From a virus (lineage: Duplodnaviria; Caudoviricetes), in IMG/VR virus record IMGVR_UViG_3300012952_002418, positions 1-27,666 of that record: a stretch of DNA of 27,666 bases, one strand, 5' to 3'. Positions 17,235 to 24,919 of the stretch are shown one piece after another. Below the pieces are notes generated by a model. It did no database searches. It had not been told where the DNA came from and saw only the letters and a program-made list of their open reading frames with translations. Numbering within the stretch: position 1 is the first letter of the stretch; every line of letters starts with the position of its first letter. The position numbers and the translations under genes are program-made.

Positions 17235-19041
17235 TTTATTCACACTTGCCATTCTGGCAATCATAGGATTCTCAAATCCTGACTTCAAAGAAATAATAAA
17301 GTTAAAATCTTTTGACTTCTTACTTGCATCTGAAGAACAAACATTCTCAGAAGATATAGTTATAGTTGAGATAGACGAAGCTACATTAGATGTAAAAGGT
17401 CAATATCCTTTCAGTCGTGTTCATTATTCATTCCTTATAGAAAAGTTAAGAGATGCTGGAGCAGGTGTAATAGTATTCCCAATATTATTCTCAGAAGAAG
17501 ATAGAGAAGATGGCGACTGGGTATTTGAAGCAACATTAAAAGCAGGAACTGTTATAGCACAGTTAGGAACTAATGATATTAATAAGAATGGTGTGCCTAG
17601 AGGTGTTGCTAAAATAGGAGACCCATTACCATACTTGTTTGAATGGGGTGGGATGCTTGGACCAATACCACAACTTGGTCAGGCAGCAAATGGAGTTGGT
17701 GTTGTAAATACTGCTCCCGAACTAGATGGTGTTGTTCGTAGAGTGCCTTTACTTATGAGAATAGGTGAAGATGTATATCCTAGCATAGCCATAGAAGTTA
17801 TTAGAGTAGCAACAGGAGATCCATCGTATCAGGTAAAAGCTGGTGAGGGTGGCATACAAGCTATGAGAGTTCCAGGATTCGCTACTATTGAAACTGATGC
17901 GAATGCTAGAATATGGTTGAGACATGATAAAGAATATCATACCATGTCAATGATAGATGTAGAAGAAGGAGTAAATGATTTATTATTATTTGGTAAAACT
18001 GTAATCGTATCGCCAACTGCTGCTGGTATATCAAATATCATAGCAACTCCTAGAGGAGAACAGTACTCACATTATATAACTGCTTCTACATTACAAACTG
18101 TTTTATCAGGAGAACAAATAACTAGAGTAGATTACTTGCCACTAGTTGAAATGATAGCAGTAATATTGTGGGCACTTATAACTATTATCGCTGTTAGATT
18201 TTTACCATATGCTTGGCTCGCAGTTTACTTGGCTGTCTTAGTAGGTGCAGCGATAGCAAAAGCATACTTCGCATTTACTTGGTATGGTTGGTTAATAGAT
18301 GTATCTTGGTTTGTTATAACAATATTCTTAGTAGGATTCCACGCAACCTTTACTAGATTTATTCTAGAGTTTAATTTAAAACAACAAATAAGAAAACAGT
18401 TTGAAAGATATCTAGATCCTAGACAAGTTGCTATCCTACAAAAAGATCCTAGTAAATTAAAACTAGGTGGTGAGAAAAGAGAGATGAGTTTCTTGTTTAT
18501 GGATATAGTTGGCTTTACACCTATCTCTGAATATTTTAAAAACAAAGACGACCCAGAAGGATTGGTAGAATTAATTAATGATTACTTAAATAGAATGACT
18601 AAGATCGTATTGACCAATGGTGGTTGCGTAGATAAATACATGGGCGATTGTATCATGGCTTTCTGGAATGCTCCACTTGATTGCGATAATCATGCAGAGT
18701 TAGCAGTCAAAACAAGTATTGAATGTGCTGAAGAAACTGAGAAGCTAAAGAAAGAATATAAAGAAGCAGGATTACCTGAGATTAATATTGGTTCAGGTGT
18801 AAATACTGGAACATGTATCGTAGGTAATATGGGAAGTGAAATGAGATTTGATTATTCAGTCATAGGTGATGCAGTAAACCTTGCTGCGAGATTAGAAGCA
18901 CAAACTAGAAACTATAAAAATTGTCATACACTATACTCACAATATACCAAAGATTGCCTAAATAGTATTAAGTCTAAAGAACTTGACAAAATCAAAGTCA
19001 AGGGCAAAGAAGAACTCATAACAATTTACGAACCATGTTAG
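17200..19041 (+). CDS. CHASE2-domain transmembrane class III adenylate cyclase
   Basis: N-terminal TM; CHASE2 motifs IVIVEIDEATL...GQYPFSR, ELDGVVRRVPL; three TMs; cyclase motifs LFMDIVGFT, VDKYMGDCIMAFW, DYSVIGDAVNLAARLE, VKGK. Confidence 0.93.
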   Translation: MIKNILTHWTSSLFTLAILAIIGFSNPDFKEIIKLKSFDFLLASEEQTFSEDIVIVEIDEATLDVKGQYPFSRVHYSFLIEKLRDAGAGVIVFPILFSEEDREDGDWVFEATLKAGTVIAQLGTNDINKNGVPRGVAKIGDPLPYLFEWGGMLGPIPQLGQAANGVGVVNTAPELDGVVRRVPLLMRIGEDVYPSIAIEVIRVATGDPSYQVKAGEGGIQAMRVPGFATIETDANARIWLRHDKEYHTMSMIDVEEGVNDLLLFGKTVIVSPTAAGISNIIATPRGEQYSHYITASTLQTVLSGEQITRVDYLPLVEMIAVILWALITIIAVRFLPYAWLAVYLAVLVGAAIAKAYFAFTWYGWLIDVSWFVITIFLVGFHATFTRFILEFNLKQQIRKQFERYLDPRQVAILQKDPSKLKLGGEKREMSFLFMDIVGFTPISEYFKNKDDPEGLVELINDYLNRMTKIVLTNGGCVDKYMGDCIMAFWNAPLDCDNHAELAVKTSIECAEETEKLKKEYKEAGLPEINIGSGVNTGTCIVGNMGSEMRFDYSVIGDAVNLAARLEAQTRNYKNCHTLYSQYTKDCLNSIKSKELDKIKVKGKEELITIYEPC

Positions 19042-19319
19042 AAACATTATTCTATATTGTGCTTACAGCATATACAACTTCTGGTGAGAATTTCCATTCA
19101 AACCTGAGCATCCCCTTTGACTCAAAGCTAACTTGTTCATATTATCTAAAGAATAAAATAGATGTCCACCCACTTCCATTCGAAAAGAATGAACTGGGCA
19201 ACTATGTAGTGAGTTATAATGAAACTGAATATGAGGTTGACTTCTGGTCACATCAGTGTGAGGAGTTTTATTTCGATGTCAAGGACGGAAAGTGGAAAAC
19301 TGTCCCAAATAGTATCTAA
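19035..19319 (+). CDS. Hypothetical protein
   Basis: 94-aa ORF overlapping the cyclase stop; hydrophobic N-terminus, two Cys. Confidence 0.65.
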   Translation: MLETLFYIVLTAYTTSGENFHSNLSIPFDSKLTCSYYLKNKIDVHPLPFEKNELGNYVVSYNETEYEVDFWSHQCEEFYFDVKDGKWKTVPNSI

Positions 19320-19376
19320 AACCCTTAAAAACAGGGTAAAATCAAGCCAAATCAAATAAGAGAGTATTTTAAGGAC

Positions 19377-19467
19377 CACTGGACGCATGCGTATTCAGGG
19401 GGGTATAATACCATAGGGGCATGCCTGTTTGCGTCTCAGTGAGGATATATGGAGTCCGTTTTCCATA
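19377..19467. repeat. GC-richer intergenic cluster of inverted repeats
   Basis: CACTG-GACGCA (19377-19387) pairs with TGCGTC-T-CAGTG (19430-19441). Internal palindromes ACGCATGCGT, GGTAT-A-ATACC and GGCATGCC; followed by TATGGA...TCCATA. Confidence 0.6.
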
Positions 19468-19512
19468 GATTATGTTCTTTTTTCCTTATTTTTAACTTTT
19501 TTACGATTTTTC

Positions 19513-19541
19513 TTTACTTTTAACTTTTTTTAGGGTAGAAT
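19513..19541 (+). promoter_or_regulatory. T4-early/sigma70-type promoter
   Basis: TTTACT-17 nt-TAGAAT with upstream T-tracts; near-identical copy at 19905. Confidence 0.75.
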
Positions 19542-19592
19542 GATAATACTGTCAAAAGTGACAGATTAACCACAAATATCTAAGGAGGATAT

Positions 19593-19850
19593 ATGGCTAA
19601 TAAAATGACGCAAGAAGCTAAGTTGCTTCGTGCTTTGCAAAATGGTAGTGAATTCACTGCTAACCAAATAGCATCTAGATTCGGTATTGCGAATCCTTAT
19701 GCTGTCGTGCAAAACTTGAAATTGAAAGGTTTTGCGATCTATCTAAACAACAGAACTAATTCTGTTGGGCAGACCTATAAGAAGTATCGTCTAGGTACTC
19801 CTACAAGGGCAGTAGTTGCTGCTGGATATAGAGCACTTATTGGTGCGTAA
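19593..19850 (+). CDS. Putative winged-helix DNA-binding protein
   Basis: TAAGGAGG ribosome site; LLRALQNG...TANQIASRFGIANPYAVVQNLKLKGFAI...KYRLG fits a wHTH pattern. Confidence 0.7.
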   Translation: MANKMTQEAKLLRALQNGSEFTANQIASRFGIANPYAVVQNLKLKGFAIYLNNRTNSVGQTYKKYRLGTPTRAVVAAGYRALIGA

Positions 19851-19873
19851 TCATTTCGTCCTGATATGATTAT

Positions 19874-19920
19874 AAAGGGGAGTCGGTCATCAGTATCACT
19901 CCCCTTTACTTTTAAGTTTT
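19874..19920 (+). terminator. Intrinsic terminator overlapping the next promoter
   Basis: AAAGGGGAGT (19874-19883) / ACTCCCCTTT (19898-19907), followed by T-rich sequence. Confidence 0.75.
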
Positions 19921-19933
19921 TTATAATTAGAAT
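19905..19933 (+). promoter_or_regulatory. T4-early/sigma70-type promoter (second copy)
   Basis: TTTACT-17 nt-TAGAAT; ATG 19940 follows after a 6-nt gap. Confidence 0.75.
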
Positions 19934-19939
19934 ATAACT

Positions 19940-20125
19940 ATGGCAATATTTTTAACTCAATACGATGTAAAACTAAATGATGGCTCTCGTAAGACTTTTG
20001 CTGGTCCCGATATTGATTGTTGGGATTTAGAAGAAGCTCAAGAACTTGCCAAGGATATGAGTCCTACATTATATGTTTGCGGAGAATGGGTAGAAAATGT
20101 TATGCCTTACCGATTAACTTTATAA
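19940..20125 (+). CDS. Hypothetical protein
   Basis: 61-aa ORF directly behind a promoter. Confidence 0.7.
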   Translation: MAIFLTQYDVKLNDGSRKTFAGPDIDCWDLEEAQELAKDMSPTLYVCGEWVENVMPYRLTL

Positions 20126-20138
20126 TGAGAGGAACAAT

Positions 20139-20492
20139 ATGAGTGATAATTATGATGACCGAAAGTTTGATGAAGCTATGAAAACTCAAATGCGTCAACA
20201 ACTAGGCGAGTCTATTTGTACTGTTAAGTTTAAAAAAGCTGACGATACTGAAAGGGAAATGAAATGTACTACTAATATTAGATTTATCCCTGAAGAGAAT
20301 ATACCTGGAACTGGTCGAGAAACCCATGATGAAAGGTTGGAAGTTTCTAGGGGAAACGATAACAACTTGTTTGTTGTTTTTGATACTGAAAAAGTTAAAT
20401 GGAGGTCTTTCAGATATGAAAGGATGCTTTCATTTTATTATCCAGGAACTGGTAGAACAAACAACCCACCTGTAAAAAGAATTTTTCCATGA
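20139..20492 (+). CDS. WYL_2/Sm-like SH3 beta-barrel protein
   Basis: CTVKFKKADDTEREMKCT...VVFDTEKVKWRSFR pattern; GAGG ribosome site. Confidence 0.75.
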   Translation: MSDNYDDRKFDEAMKTQMRQQLGESICTVKFKKADDTEREMKCTTNIRFIPEENIPGTGRETHDERLEVSRGNDNNLFVVFDTEKVKWRSFRYERMLSFYYPGTGRTNNPPVKRIFP

Positions 20493-21379
20493 TATTAATT
20501 GATTATAGCCAAGTAGCAATATCTAACATCATGTCTTTTAAACAAGACTTGATACAAGCAGAGATGACAGGTGACAGCAAAGGTGCTGAAGATATTATTC
20601 GTCACTGTATTTTATCAAGTCTTAAAATGTATAAGAAAAGATTTGGTAAAGATTATGGAGATGTTGTAGTATGTTGCGATAGTTATAATTACTGGAGAAA
20701 AGATTATCATCCTTACTATAAATCTAAAAGAGCAGGATCTCGTGAACAGGATGATATGCCATGGGATGTTCTATTTACCATAATGAGTAAAGTAAGAGAT
20801 GAGATTGCTGAGCACTCTCCTTACAAAGTTATGCGTATAGAAAGATGTGAAGCTGATGATGTTATAGGTGTATTATGTGAACATACTAATGAGTTTGGTA
20901 ATCACGAACCTGTAATGATAGTGTCAAGTGATAAAGATTTTAAACAGCTTCAAAAATTTGACAATGTAAAACAGTTCTCTCCTATGCAGAAGAAGTTTGT
21001 TACAGTTGATAAAGGAGAAACTGTTAAAGAGTTTACTACTATGCACATAGTAAAAGGTGACACTGGTGATGGTGTACCAAATATATTTTCCCCTGATGAT
21101 ATATTCCATCAGGATGGTGTAAGGCAGAAACCTGTCACCAAGAAAATACTAGAGGAGTTCTATGCTTTTGGAAAAGCAGCATGTAGAACTGACGAAGAAA
21201 GAGAACGATGGGATCGTAATGAAACTTGTATATCTTTATCGCATATACCAGAAGAATATAAAAAAGCGATCTCAGATGAATACCTAAATAATAAAGCGAA
21301 TGGCGATAAGATGTCACTGTATAATTACTTGATGGAGAATCGCTGTAATTTATTATTAGAGGAGATTGAGGACTTTTAA
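20489..21379 (+). CDS. rnh: T4-type RNase H (5'-3' exonuclease, FEN family)
   Basis: MILIDYSQ, YWRKDYHPYYKSKR, EADDVIG, IVSSDKDFKQLQ, KGDTGDGVPNI. Confidence 0.95.
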   Translation: MILIDYSQVAISNIMSFKQDLIQAEMTGDSKGAEDIIRHCILSSLKMYKKRFGKDYGDVVVCCDSYNYWRKDYHPYYKSKRAGSREQDDMPWDVLFTIMSKVRDEIAEHSPYKVMRIERCEADDVIGVLCEHTNEFGNHEPVMIVSSDKDFKQLQKFDNVKQFSPMQKKFVTVDKGETVKEFTTMHIVKGDTGDGVPNIFSPDDIFHQDGVRQKPVTKKILEEFYAFGKAACRTDEERERWDRNETCISLSHIPEEYKKAISDEYLNNKANGDKMSLYNYLMENRCNLLLEEIEDF

Positions 21380-21381
21380 TT

Positions 21382-21900
21382 ATGGCTCAAAAATTTATAG
21401 ATAAAATCCTACAGGATATTAATGATACTGGGGATGTTGAAAAGTATAAGGATGATGCACTTGTAAAGATTATATTTCAAGAAGCATTTAATCCTGCGAA
21501 TAAATGGATTCTACCAGAAGGTGTACCACCTTATAAAAAGGCTGACGAACCTGATGGAATGTTTCCTACAAATATGTATCTTGAAGCAAGACGCATAGGT
21601 TATATATTCAAGCGAGAAGATCTTAAACCTATAAAAAGGGAAGGATTATTTATCGAACTGCTTGAAAGTGTATCACCTGAAGAAGCAAAGATTCTTTTAG
21701 CAATCAAAGACCAAAGACTGGACAAAGTATATCCTAAGATTACTCCAGCAGTCGCAAGTAAAATTGTTGAGATTGATACTAAAGAAGCTGATAAGATGAT
21801 TGCTGAAGCAAAAGATGCTGAAGAAAAAGCTAAAAAACCACACCAGAGTACAACTCAAAAACGAGATGCTTCTGGTAAATTTACTAAGAAGGCAAAGTAA
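21382..21900 (+). CDS. Hypothetical protein typical of T4-like phages (DUF6433-like)
   Basis: WILPEGVPPYK...KREGLFIELLESVSPEEAKILLAIKD; recalled as following rnh in marine T4-like phages. Confidence 0.7.
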   Translation: MAQKFIDKILQDINDTGDVEKYKDDALVKIIFQEAFNPANKWILPEGVPPYKKADEPDGMFPTNMYLEARRIGYIFKREDLKPIKREGLFIELLESVSPEEAKILLAIKDQRLDKVYPKITPAVASKIVEIDTKEADKMIAEAKDAEEKAKKPHQSTTQKRDASGKFTKKAK

Positions 21901-22166
21901 TGACTAAACCACTAGAAGAAAGATTAACTACTCTAAAAGATTTAGAGAATAGTATTGAGTATGCTGGTGAAGTTCGTGTATGTACTGAAGATAGATTAGT
22001 TGTAGCATATAGAGAAAAAGATACTGCTGCGAAAAAAGAGGTACAGTTTGATGTATATGATTCGGCTACAGATAAATGGACTAGAGACGACTGGGAATGT
22101 ACATATCCTAACATTGAAAAGTTAAACGCAACTGATGTCACTGTTAGAGTAAGCAATCATAGATGA
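21900..22166 (+). CDS. Hypothetical protein
   Basis: TAATG-coupled 88-aa ORF. Confidence 0.7.
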   Translation: MTKPLEERLTTLKDLENSIEYAGEVRVCTEDRLVVAYREKDTAAKKEVQFDVYDSATDKWTRDDWECTYPNIEKLNATDVTVRVSNHR

Positions 22167-22924
22167 AAGTAGCTGTTGTTATGGGAGTGGCGAACGATCG
22201 CTCCATTGCATGGGGTATCGCCAACAAGTTGATAGATGAAGGATACACTTGTATCTTTACTTATCCTAACGATTCCATAAAGAAAAGAATTACTAGACTA
22301 TCGCCTATGGCTCATACTATTAAGTGCGATGTATCTAATAGTATGGATGTAAGAAACGCATTCATAGAAGCAACTCAACATTATCCTAAGATAGATTATG
22401 TTGTACACGCAATGAGCATGACTGACTTTAGAGAGTTAGATGGTAAGATGATGGATATAAGTAGAGATAACTTTTTAGAAAGTTTAAATGTTGGTTGCTA
22501 CTCATTAATTGACATAGTAAAAAGTAGTCTAGATAAAATGAATGAGGGTGGAGCATATCTTACACTAAGTTATGATGGTGCTCGAAGAGTTTACGATAAC
22601 TATAATGTAATGGGTATAGTAAAAGCAGGATTAGAATCTGCCACTCGATATCTAGCAAAAGATTGTGCTGAAAAAGGTGTAAGAATAAATTGTATTTCAG
22701 CAGGAGTAATTAAAACATCAAGTGCTATGGCAGTAAAAGGTAGCAAAGGGATGTTAAAGTGGGCAGAGGGAGTGAACCCAATGAAAAGAAATATCACTCT
22801 AGAGGATTTAGCAGGAAGTGCATATTACTTCCTATCTGATTTATCTTCAGGTGTGACAGGTGAAACACATTATGTAGATTGCGGATATAATATTATAGGA
22901 GCACCGAGTATAAATGACATCTAA
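22163..22924 (+). CDS. fabI: Enoyl-ACP reductase (NADH) FabI
   Basis: MGVANDRSIAWGIA, CDV, TLSY, catalytic Y-x6-K (NYNVMGIVK), RINCISAG.IKT, SGVTGETHYVDCGY. Confidence 0.92.
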   Translation: MKVAVVMGVANDRSIAWGIANKLIDEGYTCIFTYPNDSIKKRITRLSPMAHTIKCDVSNSMDVRNAFIEATQHYPKIDYVVHAMSMTDFRELDGKMMDISRDNFLESLNVGCYSLIDIVKSSLDKMNEGGAYLTLSYDGARRVYDNYNVMGIVKAGLESATRYLAKDCAEKGVRINCISAGVIKTSSAMAVKGSKGMLKWAEGVNPMKRNITLEDLAGSAYYFLSDLSSGVTGETHYVDCGYNIIGAPSINDI

Positions 22925-23336
22925 AGTAATCAATCGCAAGTTTGCGACAATGGATAATAAGAAGATTAAAATGCAACTGAATGGTTTTGTTATGAATACT
23001 CATGTTGACCATATTGATGAATTATTTGATGAAGGAATTATTAGATACTTTGTTAATCATGTTTTATATCAACTGGACTTTCAAAGGCAAATACATTTTG
23101 AAGAACAACTAAAGAAAGCTGATAGCCGACCCATACCAGATGGGCATGCAAATCAGGCAACTATTGAAGAACATAAAGTATATTGTGAGGTGGTATTAGA
23201 GGATCCTTCTAAACCTGATTGGTGGGAACCTGATACTCGAGGGATTGCTTGGAGTATTCATGAGCAAGGGCAAATGAATATAAAAGATATCGACAATATA
23301 AAATATGATATATATAATATAGAGGAGAAGCAATGA
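22914..23336 (+). CDS. Hypothetical protein
   Basis: 140-aa ORF overlapping both neighbours. Confidence 0.7.
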   Translation: MTSKVINRKFATMDNKKIKMQLNGFVMNTHVDHIDELFDEGIIRYFVNHVLYQLDFQRQIHFEEQLKKADSRPIPDGHANQATIEEHKVYCEVVLEDPSKPDWWEPDTRGIAWSIHEQGQMNIKDIDNIKYDIYNIEEKQ

Positions 23337-23533
23337 GAAGTATATTGAAAGAAGCACTGAAGAAAAAGTACGAAGGTGACATAGCAGAAGCCACTGCCAA
23401 CTTAGCAGTTTATTTTCATAATCCTGTAGGCATAGGTGAACATCCAGAAATAATTACTGAGATGGATAAGCAACTAGAAAAAATTGCTGCTGCTAAAGAA
23501 AAGCTAGAGGTCTTACAAGAACAAGATGCCTAG
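23333..23533 (+). CDS. Small helical hypothetical protein
   Basis: GAGGAG ribosome site; NPVGIGEHP motif, recalled as common in marine phages. Confidence 0.75.
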   Translation: MRSILKEALKKKYEGDIAEATANLAVYFHNPVGIGEHPEIITEMDKQLEKIAAAKEKLEVLQEQDA

Positions 23534-23885
23534 TATAATTGGACACGGAATTGATATGGTTCTTGAGTCTCGATTTGAGAGACGCAGGGAAAAATGGGCA
23601 GAAACTATTTTATCCCCAAAAGAAAAAGAAATATATAATGGACTGTTAGATAGACAGAAATGTAATTATCTAGCAAAGGTATGGGTGTTGAAAGAAGCAT
23701 TTGTAAAAGCAAGACAACACCCAATCGTTGGTATGAAAGAAGCTAGAATGTTTTCTTATATCTCACCGAACTTAATACCGAGTAAAGAGATGAGAGAAAA
23801 ATTAAAAGGAGTAAGCATACATTGTTCACTATCGGATTTCAAGGGTTGCGTGATTGGTTCAGTAATTTTAGAGAACAACACTTAA
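23526..23885 (+). CDS. acpS: Holo-ACP synthase (AcpS-type phosphopantetheinyl transferase)
   Basis: IIGHGIDMV, ILSPKE, YLAKVWVLKEAFVKA, IHCSLSD...VILE; 119 aa. Confidence 0.82.
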   Translation: MPSIIGHGIDMVLESRFERRREKWAETILSPKEKEIYNGLLDRQKCNYLAKVWVLKEAFVKARQHPIVGMKEARMFSYISPNLIPSKEMREKLKGVSIHCSLSDFKGCVIGSVILENNT

Positions 23886-24742
23886 CAACCTATAAACAAA
23901 CTTTTCGTATTAGATACTGGTGGTTTACCCAGCTGTGTCTCGTAGGAATTATTGCCTTTGGTCGTTGGGATCTAATACCTTATATTTTAGGTTGGTGGTT
24001 CTTTGGAGCAATGGCTATAACAATATATGCTCATAGAGGATTATCACATAACAGTATTACAGTAAAATGGAAATGGCTCGAACACTTATTCTGCTCACTA
24101 TGTATCCTAAGCAATATAGGAAGTCCACTCGCATGGGCAGTGGTTCACAGAATGCACCATGTGTATCTAGACGAAGAAAAAGACCCACACTCTCCACATC
24201 AAATTGGCTTTCTAAGATCTTTAACCCATAGATGGGATGTACCTTTTGAGAATATACCACTAAGATTTACTCGAGGATTACTTAGATTAGAAACTCCAAG
24301 GTGGTATCATGATAATTCATTTATTGCTTTCGTAGGGTTTATATTCTTTATATGGGCAACTACAACATTATATGGTGCTTATTCACATGGCTGGGGAGAA
24401 GTATTTAATTATCTAGCCAATCCTATCTTTTATGATGGAGCAGCACAATGGTTATTAATTTGGGGTGTAGAGTTTGGCTGGGCAGGTTTTGCTGGAGTAG
24501 CACTAGGACAATGGTCAATGGGTATTACTAACGCATGGCAACATAGTGACAAAAGAGGTAAAGGATACATTCGAAATATCCCATGGTATTTAAGTTTTAT
24601 AAACTGGGGTGAGGGAAGTCATGACTACCACCATACAAATCCAAAAGATTTCAAGTTTGGTAAAGGATTGAACGACCCAACACAATATTTTATACTTTTC
24701 CTAAATAAGATTGGGGCAGTGAGTATAAATAGAAATATATGA
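23822..24742 (+). CDS. Membrane fatty-acid desaturase (delta-9 type)
   Basis: His boxes HRGLSH, HRMHH, DPHSP, NAWQH and GEGSHDYHH; several TM segments. TTG start is uncertain. Confidence 0.9.
   Translation: MFTIGFQGLRDWFSNFREQHLTTYKQTFRIRYWWFTQLCLVGIIAFGRWDLIPYILGWWFFGAMAITIYAHRGLSHNSITVKWKWLEHLFCSLCILSNIGSPLAWAVVHRMHHVYLDEEKDPHSPHQIGFLRSLTHRWDVPFENIPLRFTRGLLRLETPRWYHDNSFIAFVGFIFFIWATTTLYGAYSHGWGEVFNYLANPIFYDGAAQWLLIWGVEFGWAGFAGVALGQWSMGITNAWQHSDKRGKGYIRNIPWYLSFINWGEGSHDYHHTNPKDFKFGKGLNDPTQYFILFLNKIGAVSINRNI
24724..24731 (+). promoter_or_regulatory. T4 late promoter consensus TATAAATA
   Basis: Perfect consensus in the last codons of the desaturase, just upstream of a structured intergenic element. 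Confidence 0.65.
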
Positions 24743-24918
24743 TGTTCCAGTTTACGAAGTGCTTGGTGGTACACAGAAGAGAGAGCAAAGCAAGTACCCT
24801 AACCAAGTGAGTTAGTGCTTTCGGTATCTAACTCCCCTGTCTCAGTGGGTCACTTCGATGCAGTTTTGGTAGTTTCTGCTCAACAAAAAACTACCACTTG
24901 TTTGATGAAAGGAAACAT
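24742..24918 (+). ncRNA. Candidate structured ncRNA (multibranch core plus 3' H-type pseudoknot)
   Basis: Nested complementary segments: CGAAGTG/CACTTCG, CTTGGT-GGTAC/GTACC-ACCAAG, GAGTTAG/CTAACTC; GCAG/CTGC crossing TGGTAGTTT/AAACTACCA; ATGTTCC/GGAAACAT closing the whole. Confidence 0.7.
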
Positions 24919-24919
24919 A

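Noticed and set aside
11375-19041. Curli/cyclase block as bacterial DNA mis-joined to phage DNA
   Set aside because: Same strand, similar AT-richness, overlapping gene packing and TAAATA-type boxes as the flanking phage genes, with no junction repeats or integrase seen. Read-level confirmation is still advisable.
19549-19564. Palindrome as a CRP-cAMP site linked to the cyclase
   Set aside because: TGTCA-N4-TGACA does not match CRP's TGTGA-N6-TCACA.
22914-23533. Small ORFs between fabI and acpS as an acyl carrier protein
   Set aside because: Neither has the D-S-L phosphopantetheine attachment motif.
19433-24847. Shared 9-mer GTCTCAGTG in the two structured intergenic regions
   Set aside because: A single 9-nt match with no flanking similarity is compatible with chance.
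24755-24857. Cloverleaf-like fold read as a tRNA
   Set aside because: No proper T-arm (GTTCRA within a 5-bp stem), no 7-nt anticodon loop and no CCA; arm lengths do not fit.
24815-24919. N-terminal extension of ORF 24815..25210
   Set aside because: It overlaps the structured RNA element; the ribosome site supports ATG 24920.
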